A DNA stretch of 64,000 nucleotides from contig NC_092380.1 in NCBI RefSeq assembly GCF_030028105.1, positions 55,177,717 to 55,241,716 of the forward strand, read 5' to 3'. The position numbers and the translations under genes are program-made. The DNA comes from Mobula birostris (Eukaryota). How positions within the stretch are numbered: the first letter of the stretch is position 1; each line of letters opens with the position of its first letter. Shown in pieces: positions 12,779-25,029 of this stretch. The notes under the pieces are model-generated. The model saw only the letters and a list, made by a program, of their open reading frames with translations. It had not been told where the DNA came from and ran no database searches.

Positions 12779-15361
12779 TGCACATGTGCCCAAATATGTA
12801 AATATACCAGAGAGTTGGTGCAGCAAGAATGATAGATTTGATTTTGTTCAGTGCATCCGCTTTGTGCTTCTAAAATTGATACTGGAAGAACTGCGGAAAT
12901 CTGCTTTACATACACTAATTGCTGACAAAAGTACAGATATTTCTGTACTGAAAATGATAATTTCATATTTTAAGTTTTGACCTGAAAATGAAGCTTCCTA
13001 TAAGACCGGGTGATCGCATATTTTGAAACTGGATGTGAGAGTATCACTACTATTGAAGCATTAAAAAATATTTATCAACAACAATCTTGATATTCAAAAG
13101 AAGTTGATGTTTATGTCAGATGGGGCAAATGTTATGCTGGTAAAGAATAATGGTGTGGCAGCAATTCTTTGATAAGTAAAGCATCTTGCTGAGCAACATT
13201 GCATTGCACACAGAGAAGACCTGGGATTAGATGACACATGGAAAATGTTTCAGTTGTGCAGGATATAGAAACACTGCTTGAACAGTTTGTACAATGTTCT
13301 TCAGATTGTTAGTTAAAAAAGGAAAGCTCAAAGAATTAACTAATGTCACAGAATCTAATGCTGTGTCATTTAGAGCACTAAATGAAGTAAGATGGCTGTC
13401 AATATATTTTTTCGTAACTGCTTTAATGAGCAATTACAAACTTTTGATCCACTATTGCAAAGAGCAAGTTAATGTATGTAACGATCCAATCTGCAACTAC
13501 AGCCTGTAGATTTTGACTGATCCGCAATATCGAGTAGCATTATCTGATCTTACTGATGTTTTAGAAGAATCTGGCATCTCTTTGTAAATATCTTCAAAAA
13601 AGCTGCTTGAATGCAATCGAAGCACTGCAGTATGCAGAGGTAAAAATTAACAAGTTACACGCTAGCATTTATTGCAACGACAAAGTGAATGATCTACTTG
13701 CACCTTTAGGTTCTGACATTGATACTGTGCCTTCATTGTGTGTGTTATCACTTGGATAATGGATATCCTGATGATGAGCTAGAGAATGGAAAGCTTTTGA
13801 TCCTGTTGCTATTGCAAAATGCAATCCATTTTAAATTTGGAAATGAGAATGTTGTACGAATGACAAAAAAAACTCAGCTACTACTACGAGCTATGATGAA
13901 AGCATTGCTTCAAAAATATCACAGCAATATAGTCATTTCAAATTTGTTGTTTTCTGAGAAAATTAAGTGGTGTAATTAAGAAGTTCACTGATATGTTGAA
14001 GTATGTGCTTTAGAAACAAAGAATTTGAAGAACTGTCAATTCTTGTTGACACTGTTGGAACATTTCAGGCTTCTAGTTATGACTGCAAATTTGGATTCAG
14101 TCTTATAAATTCGATCAAGTATCTTCAATACAGGAACAGACTAGAAGTAGAATATTTGGATAGTCAAATAAGGATTAAGACGAATCTTTAATCTGGATAG
14201 TGTTTATAGAAAATGGATTTGTAATAAAACAGATGAGAAAAATCTTATGAAATGCGGAAGATTTTCTTTGTTGTACTGTATTTTATTACATCCTGAATAA
14301 AAGAAATCAAAAGTATGTGATTTTTCAATTTTCTTTCTAAATATTCAAAGTATCTATATTACAAAAACAACAGTTAAAATGTGCACATTTTTCAGGCCAT
14401 ATGAAGATTTCCTGTTCAGAGCAATCGTTGGTCCAAACAAATGCAAAAAAAATTGTTGGTCAGGCTGCTGTTTATTGACTATAGTTCACCGTTTAACAAT
14501 ATCATACCCTCAGTACCAATCAACAGGCTCCAGATCCTGGGCCTCCGTACCTCCCTCTACAACTGGATCCTGGCCTTCCTTATCTGGAGACTATAGTCAG
14601 AGCAGATTGGAAATAACATCTCCTACTTGTTGATGATCAGCACCGGAGCAGCTCATGTTTAGCCCACTGCTCTACTCTCTACACCCATGACTGTGTGGCT
14701 AGGCACAGCTCAAACACCATACGTAAATCTGCCAATGACACTACTGTTGGCAGAATTTCAGATGGTGACGAGGAGGCATACAGCAGTGAGATTGTTCAGC
14801 TGGTTGAATAGTATCACAACAACAACCTTGCACTCAACATCAGTACCATCAAGTGATTATTTGTGGACTTCAGGAAGAAAAAGTCGAGGGAACACACTCC
14901 AGTCCACATTGATGAATCAACAGTGGGCAGTTTCAAGTTCCGGGGTGTCAGCATCTCTGAAGATCTATCCTAGGTCCAACATATTGATGCAATTAGAAAG
15001 AAGGCACAACTGGCTATATTTCATTAGGAGTTTGAGGAGTATTGGTATGTCAACAAACACTCTCGCAAATTTCTACATATGTACTATGGAGAGCATTGTA
15101 ACTGTTTGCATCAACATCTGGTATATGGGGTGGTTGATGGGGGGGGGCAACAATTGCACAGGATCGCAAAAACCTGCAGAAAGTTGCAAACTCTGCCATG
15201 ATGGGCACCAGACTCCCCAGCATTGAGGACATCTTCAAACAACTGTATCCATCAATAAGGACACCCATTACCTAGGACCAGTCCTCTTCTCATTGCTACC
15301 ATCAAGGAGGAGATACAAGAGCCAGAAGACACACACACACACAACATTTTAGGAAGAGGTT

Positions 15362-15852
15362 TGTCAGGACACTGAAGCAGGGACCCAATCGCAGAGCAAG
15401 TATTGTGCACACTGTGATAGTTCTTGAGTAACAAAGTCGGCATCAAAGTTCAGGCAGGGATTAAAAGTTCCAGAGAAATCCAAAAAACCAGAATCAGAAA
15501 AAGGCGATGTTCAGATGGACAGAATTCAGATACAAGTGCTGGAAAGGCTCAGGAAAACTCACTGGCACAATCTAACAACAAACAGATGAGAACACAGGAC
15601 TAAAACACACTGAGCAATAAACAGAGGCAAATAATACGTGAAGTACAATGAGACACAGGTGCAGCAATACAGGTAATAATGAGAAACAGGTGAGAGGCAG
15701 AGTACTCAGTAATACAGGGGCTGGAGTAGAGCAGCAAAGGGGACGGGAGCACATGGGGCATGAAAACAAACAAGAGCACATGGCAATACAAAACCACAGA
15801 CTGACGGCTGGGGGAAACACACAAAAAGACAATTCAACTGGAGGTACTGACA
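15362..15852 (-). mobile_element. Solo LTR (Gypsy-like), 491 bp
   Basis: TGTCAG...CTGACA termini; 5 bp TSD AGGTT/AGCTT; interrupts Rex1 at aggaa-agctt-cttt. Confidence 0.72.
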
Positions 15853-15975
15853 AGCTTCTTTCCAACAGTCAGCAGATTACTGAATGGACAATGAATCCGT
15901 GTAAAATTCCTCACTATTTTTTTCATACTTTTGTTCACTTTTTGCGCAACTTATTTCATTTATTCAATACATACA

Positions 15976-16797
15976 CAGTGGATTCCAGTTAGTTGGGACA
16001 CGTTGGGACCAGTAAAATTTGACCCAATTAAGCAGCTCCCCCAAATAGCTGAAGTTTCAGGGAAATAGTTAAAAAGTACAAACAAGACAAACTACCATTT
16101 AACTGAGTAACAAACAATGCATTTAAAAGAAATACAGAACAAATTAGAACACTGTCAATAACACTAAGATACTATAAAACTGTTTATTAGTTCCTAATAG
16201 TTATCAACAGAGGAATTCATCCAGTGTATGCTGTGTGTTCTTTTGATTCACTGTAGGTGGAAAAAAAACACATCAGCACAGACACCTAGTGCAGATAACT
16301 TCAGGCAAGGATTTAGACAATTGTATTATCCGAATTTTCATTTTCATTATATCATTCAAGATAGTTGTCGATGCCTTCAAATTCTTTGTAGGTCCTAACT
16401 TGTCGAAATAGTGAAATCATTTCATTTTCACTCCTGGCCATTTTTGCATCTCCAAGCCCGAATGCCTGAAACCACAGTGACAGAACAGTTCTGAATTGTC
16501 TTTCTGCTTATTTCTCACCAACCGTCAGTGATAAAAAAAAATCACTGCTTTTTGTACACAAACACGCAATTGGTGCTATGTAAAAACTGTTCGCTCTAAG
16601 TGTCCAATAGCCAGGCAAGTGCTGACGTTAGTTAGAAATTGTTCAGCAACCATCTCCTGTACCATTTAAGCTGCATGGCATCCCAAGTGTACAGAGGTAT
16701 CTCAACTATTTTCTCGATCAGTTTTTGTTCTTTAGCAGTTGTTCCTAATAAGCAGCTGTCCCAATTAAATGATGGCCCAATTAATTGGAATCAACTG
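15976..16797. mobile_element. Non-autonomous Tc1/mariner (Tigger-like) TIR element
   Basis: TIRs cagtggattccagttagttggg and cccaattaattggaatcaactg; subterminal cccaattaa repeats; Rex1 tail resumes after it. Confidence 0.7.
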
Positions 16798-16884
16798 TTT
16801 ATATGTTCTTATTGTAATGAATAGTTTTATTTATTATTATGCATTGCAATGTACCGCTGCTGCAAGACAACAAATTTCACGATA

Positions 16885-17365
16885 GAACGTGGAAGATTTA
16901 GAGAGGGTGCACAGGAGATTCACTGGGATCCTGACTAGATTAGAGGGCATGTCTTATGAAGATAGATTGAGAGAGCTAGGGCTTTTCTCTTTGGAGTGAA
17001 GGAAGATGCAGCAGACTTGATAGAGTTTGCAAGATGATAAGAAGCATAGATAGAGACGTTTTCCCAGGACAGAAATGGCTAATACAACGGGTCATAATCT
17101 TAAGGTGTTTGGAGGGAAGTATATCAGAGATATGTTCTTCATACAGAGAGTGGTGGCTGTGTGGAACACCCTTCTAGGGGTAGTGGTAGAGGAAAATACA
17201 TTAGGGACATTTAAGAAACTCTTAGAAAGGCACGTGGATGAGAGAAGAATGGAGGCTATGTAGGAGAAGAATTAAATTGATTTTAGTGTAGGTTAAAAGA
17301 GTGGCACAACATTGTGAGCCAAAGGGCCTGCACTAGGCTGTAACGTTCTATGTTCTTTGTTCTAT
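16885..17365 (+). mobile_element. CR1 LINE 3' fragment
   Basis: GHNLKV and FFIQRVVAVWNTL; tail ttctatgttctttgttctatg. Confidence 0.85.
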
Positions 17366-17479
17366 GAAAAGGAGAGCCTGACCAATGGATTATCAGGCCA
17401 ACATCTTAATCCATTCAGCTGTTCACCTGTGCAGGTTGCTCTTCTCAAAGCAAGATGGATATGCTTTTTTTCTAAAAGG

Positions 17480-17940
17480 TTTGCATCAGTGGGAAATGCC
17501 CTCACCCCGAGACAGAAGGACGTAGGCTGGAGTGAGTTAGGAGCACAATGACAGAATGATACCCATGGACATTTCTGAGAGAGCTGAACTAATAGTGGCC
17601 ATTTGTGATGGGGCAGCATTGTGACACAGCAGGTAAAATTCTGAGTCCCTTTCAGATTGATATAAGCCATCTTCGACCCATTGGAAACGTGCACATCAAC
17701 ATCCTGCTAATTTTTATTCCCCAACTGATACCATGAACACAATCATCTACTTATGACCACTTTGCTGGTTGCATGTTATTCCTAACCTTCAGCATCTTGT
17801 ATTGTTAACTGTAGACTTCACTGCATGCAGACTGGTGCCTTGCTTCCCCAGATCACGTCAATAATTTCACTTCAAAAGCTTATTTTAATGTCTACAGAAT
17901 GATTTGAGATATCCTGAGAGAGGCTAAATGAAAACTTCTG
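17480..17940 (+). mobile_element. Highly diverged Deu-type SINE
   Basis: Weak similarity to 63440-63775, including cacttcaaaag and an L2-like tail. Confidence 0.35.
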
Positions 17941-18577
17941 CTCTCTCCTGTTTGCAATGCAGTGTACAAGTGTCAGCAAGGATGGATTTGCATTCAGCTA
18001 CTATGAGTGTAGGGGCTTTCTGTGGCAAGGATGTATAAGATGCCATTACTCATGGTAGGGATGGCTACATAAGCTCATCAAATGATCAGATAAAGGTTCA
18101 CTGTGAGACTGGGGGGTGGGGAGGAAGAGACCAGCTATCAGGCTAAAAGTCAGTGTTCACATGCCTTCCCATTAGCTTTGCTGAAGTGGTCAAATCTAAT
18201 GACATGATTGCCTTAACAAATGAGACAGGCATTCATGGTGACTAATGGTTCTAAGATCAGCATGAATGTGAAGTGGTGAACTGTCATATCATCTAATGCA
18301 GAGGGCAACAACAAAGGTAGAAATCATTCACCGCTTCCTAACACACGTCTAAGCCTACATGTGACTCTTCCACAGAGTACTGAGTGTTTGGGCAACACTT
18401 TGCCAGCGGACACCCAACACCAACTCCTTCAATATCATAATAAGTGAATTGGATTCAAACACGCTTCCAAATGGATCGGTGATCACCCGTAAAGATATCC
18501 CTTTCCCATCATCAACAATACGATTTCAACTACTTGAGTGTTCACTGGAACTGATTAACTTGGAACGCAACATTTCC

Positions 18578-18810
18578 AACATAACAACATAAGAAATAGG
18601 AGCAGCAGTAGGCCACCTGGCCCATCAAGTCTGCTGCACCATTCAATAAGATCATGGCTGATCTGGCCATGGACTCATCTCCACCTACCTGCCTTTTCCC
18701 CATAACCCTTAATTCCCCTACTATGTGAAAATCTATCCCTACCTTGTCTTAAATATATCTACTGATGTAGCTTCCACTACTTCACTGGGCAGAGAATTTC
18801 ATAGATTCAG
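18578..18810 (-). mobile_element. CR1 LINE 3' end
   Basis: aacataagaaataggagcagcagtaggcc...gatcatggctgatc is the reverse of the CR1 3' UTR at 9670-9750. Confidence 0.85.
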
Positions 18811-19180
18811 AGAACACACTAGCTTGTCCTGTAATGATTGCACTGTTGTTAGCACAGCATACTGAAGAGTGTCCATTTATTATGCAGTTTTGGACTCGCA
18901 AATGGGCCAGAATTTATTGACAATGGATAATTGCCCCTAAGATGAGTGGCCTTCTAGACCATTTTGGCTCAAAGTCATCTGTATTGCTGTGTGTCCAGTT
19001 ACATACAGTGCATGTCAGATTGTGTAAGGATGGCGGAACAAAGATGTATTTAGGGAAGAAGAAGTTAGATATTAGTGAACTAAGTATGTTTTTAATCACA
19101 GCCACCAGTACTGAGATTGATATTTTATATATTTTATTAAATACGTTGAGTCAGCAGTTGGATAAGGAGCAGTTTGCTAC

Positions 19181-19420
19181 TGTTATGTTCTGTAACTCCA
19201 GAACTTAATTGAAAGAAAACGGAAGAGAGCCCAGGACAGCATATACTTTGTTTTTTCTTCTAGCGAGGTGCATACTTAGACGCGGTGGCACAATGACGTG
19301 TGCTATTCACATACTTTTACATAAAACCCTTAATGAACTACTTAAACAATAAAGAATGCTTAATTGAACAATATATTTACAACATTACTCAAATGTTACT
19401 GAAATGTTAAATACACAACA
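19181..19420 (-). mobile_element. Solo LTR of the Gypsy family at 41005-45821
   Basis: TG...CA termini; TSD GCTAC/GCTAT; reverse complement aligns with 45572-45821. Confidence 0.85.
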
Positions 19421-20729
19421 GCTATGGATTATTGAATCAGGATAAGTGTTGTAATAGGATTACAGGGTCCACATTAAAATCTTAAACATCAATAAAACTA
19501 ATGCATAAAATAAAATGTTCTCAAAAATAAACCAATAATAACACTGCTGGTAAAATAGTTATATGAATCCAGCTCCTTTCTTGCTACTTTAACAGTGTTG
19601 TAAATTTTACTGACACCTAAAGGCTTCAATAAAAACCTGATTTCATAAAGGTTTGGGCCGATTGCACACAAACAATCTGTCACCTTGTTTGCTTAAGCTG
19701 CTGTTATGAAAACAGCCTCTGACTGGGCACTCAGCTCTGTGTCGATAAACGTTACTAGTTTTCCATCTGAGGTTGGCTCTGGGGAATTCCCGACATGCTC
19801 CGCCACACAGCTGCAACAACAGTAAGTGAAACCAACCCTCGTGGTCCAGCACTTAACAGTTCTCAAAGGAGCAAAGTTTTGTTGGCAGCTCGAGTTGGCA
19901 GAAATGTTCAACCCCTGTGCGTGATTAGTGTTTGCACTCGATATGCCCCCTGGCCCTGCCAATCTGCGGCTGGAGTTAAAGATTCTTTAATGACATACAC
20001 AGGAAGCCACCATCATTAGGGAAAAGACAGGATCTCCAAGTCAGCCATTCCACACTAGATATTGCGTGGATTTAAGGAAAAGCTAATGCAATTTTAATCA
20101 GCAAGACATTTACAGGAAGCAAACAACTTTTCCAGAAATACTGTTAGGGCCTGCTGGCCGTGCAGGACTTCTGGATTATACACCACTGACTAAAGATGAC
20201 GTGTAAAAATTCTTGAATATTTTGCTTCTTTTTTCAATTTTCCACTTATTTTTCCATATTTCAATTTTATCTGTTTTCCCTATAGGCCATTGGAGTTAAC
20301 TTCTTACTGGGATACAAGTCATACCATGACCATGATTTATATGCATGACTTTAGCCTGCACCATTCACGGTTTATCTAATGACAGAGAACACAGAACATA
20401 GGACTTGAGTCATCTCTCACAGCAAGGGGTAATCCCTGCGTGAACTCCATTTTCACTCCAGTAACAATAGACTGTCATGAAAATTTCAATTGATCCATCG
20501 TCAGGAGCTAGTTCTAGGAAATAGCTCCAGATTTTCATTACCAGTTTTGAGACTGAGTCATTTTGTACCAGCTGCCTGCAAGAAACAGTTTCACTTTCAA
20601 AGTTCTAACTGAATTCATGAGCTTCAGTTCAGTCACCCTCAACACATTTCTCTTGATGAGACTGCAAGGCAAGGCTATGGAACACATCTTCATTGTTTAA
20701 TGATCTAGAATAGAGTTTCACAGTCTTTA

Positions 20730-20978
20730 AAATCTCAGTCCTTCCAGATGCAATGTGTGGTGCCTTCACTCAGAAAATAAAGAATCCTTGGAATTTACCA
20801 CCAAGGGTACTCTGAATGCTCATTTGCCAAGTATATTCAGGACAGATCGAGAAACCTTTAGACAGTTAAGGATATGAGTTAGTGCATAAAAGTGGCTGAT
20901 CTTATTGAATGGCAGAGCATGCATAGGTGGTCAAATTGCCTCTTCTTGCTTCCACTTATTATATTTCATGTTCTTAAT
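20730..20978 (+). mobile_element. Old CR1 3' fragment
   Basis: ttcactcagaaa...tggaattt and gatcttattgaatggcagagc match the CR1 3' end. Confidence 0.55.
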
Positions 20979-21039
20979 CATCTAGGATGCATATATTTAA
21001 AGTTTCAACCCTGTCCTCTTCCAATGCCTGGATGTCACT

Positions 21040-21640
21040 GAGTCATAGAGAACAGAACCAGCCCTTCAATGCATCAAGAATGCTCTGACCATCAAGTGAC
21101 AATCCACGCTAATCCCCATTTTATTCTCTCCACATTCCTATCATCTCCTCTCAGTTTCTAAAATCCACCCACACAATTTTCCCAGTTGCTATATATATAA
21201 GGCATCCGTTAGTCCTGCGAGACCATGGATCTCATTTCCTCATCTCATCTCATGGAGACATGGAAAGTCTTCACTCTCCAGAGCACAGGCCTGGGCAAGG
21301 GTGTATGGAAGACCAGCAGTTGCCCATGCTGCAAGTCTCCCCTCTCCACGACACCAATGTTGTCCAAGGGAAGGGCATTAGGACCCATACAGCTTGGCAC
21401 CAGTGTCATTGCAGAGCAATGTGTGATTAAGTGCCTTGCTCAAGGACACAACACATTGCCTTGGCTGGGGCTCAAATTCACGGCCTTCAGGTCGCTAGTC
21501 CCATGCCTTAACCACTTGGCCAAGTGCCCACACCACAGTTGCTAATTAACCTACTAACACACGTATAGTACCTTAGGGATATGGAAGGGAAAGAACATAG
21601 TCAGAGTACCAGCTGAGCCATTGTGCCACTTATTTCTAGT
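21040..21640 (-). mobile_element. HE1/V-type SINE, interrupted by a younger SINE
   Basis: ccattttattctctccacattcc and aattaacctactaac motifs, also seen at 39430, 40800 and 54862. Confidence 0.55.
21192..21533 (-). mobile_element. tRNA-derived SINE with RTE-type 3' end
   Basis: Minus strand: box A TGGCCAAGTGG, degenerate box B ATTTGAGCCC, gtgtccttgagcaaggcactt core, 3' ccatggtctcgcaggactaacggatgcc plus (TA)n; TSD CAGTTGCTA on both sides. Confidence 0.78.
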
Positions 21641-24116
21641 TGTGGGAAAACAGGAGGTTCTTAAATTGGAGGCCAAAACTCTGAGATCAAACATACTCAG
21701 GAGCTTTATTGGAGTTTACTGAAAACAAAACAAGTTATGGCAGATTAACTATCAGGGCAGGTGGTGGTTAGAGATGGAGGTCCTTTGTGTCGAACCCTGT
21801 TAGCAAACAAGTCCAATAGTTTCTGTGTAAGGCAGAGATTGGTATACCTGAACACTACATAAGGCATGAGCTGTCTGAATGACATGTAAATATTTTTCAC
21901 TGTATCTTGGTATGTATAACAATATTTAACCAATACCAATAATAAACATGTTCAGTCATGGGATTCACAATGTTGAATGGTGCTTCGATAATCTCCACAT
22001 GGTAAGGGCAAGTAAAATATAAATGAGAGATACCCTGTGAGGCCATCCGTGTCATCTTACAGGTCATCATCATAGGTTTGAGGGCAGAACAGCAGAATTA
22101 CAATGGAGAGGGGAGAAAATGGAGGGAAAGTGATGTTCCTATTTACTCGCTAATGACTCCAAAGGCGGATATTCAGTTCACCGCTACCATAACAGCATTA
22201 GTTCAATTCCAACTCCTTATTTCCCTGTATTCCAGCAGTTTATTTTCTCTCACAGATAAATTCATAAAGATTAGGACTTTTCAAACCCTTTAGTGCAATT
22301 TATATCTGATACCATTAACATGAGGAACTAGGGCACAATTACGAATGACAGAAATAAAGATGGAACGTAGGCATTCACATTAACAGACTTAAAAACAGAC
22401 TCGTGATATCTTATTGAAACAATGTAATAAATTTTATTTAGATGAATAGGAGCCAAATGTTTTTTTTTGCAGTGAAATAGAAATGCATAATGGATCTTGT
22501 TGCCTCTAATTCTAACAAGCTTGAAGGCATCAATGTCAGCTCATGTCATGTACAGTGTCAAACCAGGTACTAAGTTACATTTGACATAAACCATGCACTG
22601 TTGGAAATCAGGCCAGAGTGCCATATAATGGAAAGAAGGCAACATCTTGTCAATCAAGCACCCTTAAACTGTAGGGAAAATTGCTTTAACTCTTTCACTA
22701 TTACACTAACTTGCACTCTCATTAGTTTCACATTAACGACCAACATCTGCCCAGCATGAACAATTCAGCATCCACTCAGATATTATGTTGGGCTGCACAT
22801 GTGCCCCTTAGCATTCCTGTCAAACGAACAGAAATTAAAATCAACTTGTTCCTGTCAATCACTGCACAATAAGAAAACTCCATGAAGATCACTTGTGACT
22901 TGGAGCAAGGTGGGAAGTAAAACAGCCAGCTAGAAACTGAGGAAGATTAGTTAAAGAGAAAAAGACAGATTCCGAAACCTCGGAGAATATCAGACAATGG
23001 CTGGGAGATTAAAGGGCTTTGCTTACTGGAGAATAAACAACTAAAACTGCATATTAAAACTGTGGAGCTAGTTAACAGGAATTAAGGTACTAAAAATGCA
23101 CAGACTACATCTCCTCTTTCCAGATGTAAGGTAGGCTATCAGGTTGGACTGAGTCATAGTATTCCTGTAGGATTTGAACTGGCATTGACTAGTCTGAGGC
23201 ACCACCAACTGAAAAATCAGAGTGAAAATAGATCATGGGCTTCTCAAGCAGGTCATTGCCTTAAGAAGATGATCCATATTTGATGCCAAACAGCAATCTG
23301 TAATCAACACAGTGATTTACAGAATTTGTTTACCCTTCAGAATCAATTCACTCATACCAACCAAATACCATTCCATACAATAGTCAACTTTATTAGCAGC
23401 TCCTGAGCCCCTTCTGTGCTGTACATTATGTATATTTGATATTATAGTTGGTAAAAATAACGAGGATCATAAATTATCCCAGGGAAAGGAAAAAGGAGGG
23501 GTTAATTCTTTGCATATTATAGCCTCTGTAACGACCAATATCTGCGCCTGCAGTGGGACCAAAGGGCAGGTTTAAAACCAATTGACCAAAGGGCAATTCA
23601 GGAAGTCTTCATTGAAGGGAGACTTGAAGTCTCTAAATATTACAATAATCAATCACATAGATTCAACTCACAGATATTCTCAAGGCGCTTCTTTTTAGAA
23701 AACTTCCAACCACTTCTCCTCTCACCAAACTGGCCTCTTCCACACGGCAAGGAAAATGATCCAATTTTACTTTTTGCTTCAACTTCCACAATGAATTATG
23801 AAGGACCTCAGATTTTTCTTGCTGATCTCAGCCCATATCCAACGTGCCTTTACAGCAACATTACATGAGCAGGGGTCACTTTGTCCAGTATCTAGCAATG
23901 TCTGACAATCATCAATTTGACATTGAACGGATTATGTTTCTCTGACTTGGATAAAATATAAATTTTACCATGGGTATACCTCTTTACACAGTGGTAAGAA
24001 ATATGTTGGAGAAGCTTGTACGTTAAGTATATGGCTAATATTAACCTTTGCACTTAATATAATAGGGTTGAAAAATGCTTCCATTTTTCCCATAACAGAG
24101 TTAATCGTACTACTAT

Positions 24117-25029
24117 TCGAGGAGTGATTGATAAGTTCGTGGCCTAGGGTCAGTCAGTTAGTCAGTGGGTGCTGTCCCGAATCCGCGGTTGGCGGCTATG
24201 CAACTCCATCTTCTTTGATCTTGCGACAGCACCGAGTACAGCCTCTCCTCCAGTTTGTTCTCGCTGGCCACCTTGGCACGGCCGCCCCTGCCAAACTCGA
24301 GCCCGAGGCCGTGTTGGCCTCCAGCCGTGGCCACTTCTTCAAGCTCAGCCCTTCCTCAGACGGAGGCCCTGGGCAGGTCCAGGCACACGGTGCAGCACCC
24401 AAGTTCATCGTATCTCTTCTAACTGGTGCCTAGCACACGATTCGTAGATACGTGGTGAGGCTTTAATCTCTTCCATGGAAGATGGCTGTTGGCTCACAAG
24501 GAGCTCATCCGCCCTTTGCCAGGTGTTTTTTTTAGTCCTGCTGGGTGTCCTCACACCCTCCTCACCAGATTAAATCCGGTGGAGGAGCCGGCCCAAGTCG
24601 CCGACCATTCGACCATGGACCATGGCCGAATGCCGGGTGCCCGCCCCTTGTCGAATCCCTCCCAGCGTTCAGTTAATTAACTTATCAGTTAATAACTCAT
24701 CAGGGGTGATTGATTAGTTCGTGGCCTAAGGTAGAAAGAGATGAGTTATTAACTTCAAACTTTCTGCGTACTCGTTCAAAGAGTTGACCTGCATGTGCAT
24801 GTAACGAGAGCTGTATAACTCAACTCCTTCTACCTTAGGCCACAAACTTGTCAATCACACATCTGTGGATCTGTGGACACTTTCTGGAGGTCCAAGATCC
24901 GTATGCTCCACGACCGCTGGACTAAGTGTGTAAATGTAGGAGGGGACTATGTTGAAAAAGACATGTGCTAGGTTTTCTAAAATTGACTCCTTCTACCTTA
25001 GGTCACGAACTTATCAACCACCCCTCGTA
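24117..25029. mobile_element. Mariner-type MITE with internal TIR copies
   Basis: cgaggagtgattgataagttcgtggccta at left; taggtcacgaacttatcaaccacccctcg-TA at right; two further TIR copies inside. Confidence 0.75.
24150..24670 (-). mobile_element. Young CpG-rich non-autonomous retroposon, probably RTE-related
   Basis: (TGAC)n tail; 3' end translates SQDQRRWSCIAAN, like the RTE C-terminal AQDRxxW; abrupt GC and CpG rise. Confidence 0.5.

Larger units (their letters stand above)
7631..14470 (+). mobile_element. hAT DNA transposon with decayed ZNF862-like transposase, interrupted by CR1 and Rex1
   Basis: TIR-like start tactgctccctctaag. Motifs in correct order: LIADKSTDIS, MSDGANVML, HCIAHREDLG (CxxH), EVRWLS, and hATC dimerisation ASSYDCKFGFSLINSIK...RNRL. 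A second copy lies at 31637-33225. Confidence 0.82.
14470..16880 (+). mobile_element. Rex1/Babar LINE 3' part with two nested insertions
   Basis: Opposite-orientation homology to 10317-11460; WLYFIRSLRSIGMS and ANFYICTMESI; tail gctgctgcaagacaacaaatttcacga. Confidence 0.8.

Noticed and set aside
11971-12966. 331 aa ORF as a novel fusion protein
   Set aside because: Chance read-through from antisense hAT sequence into a truncated Rex1 endonuclease-linker region
20520-20720. Further Penelope GIY-YIG remnants here and at ~28925-29130
   Set aside because: Similarity too degraded to support by eye
21455-21530. tRNA gene
   Set aside because: It is a SINE head with a degenerate box B, continuous with a SINE body and bounded by a TSD
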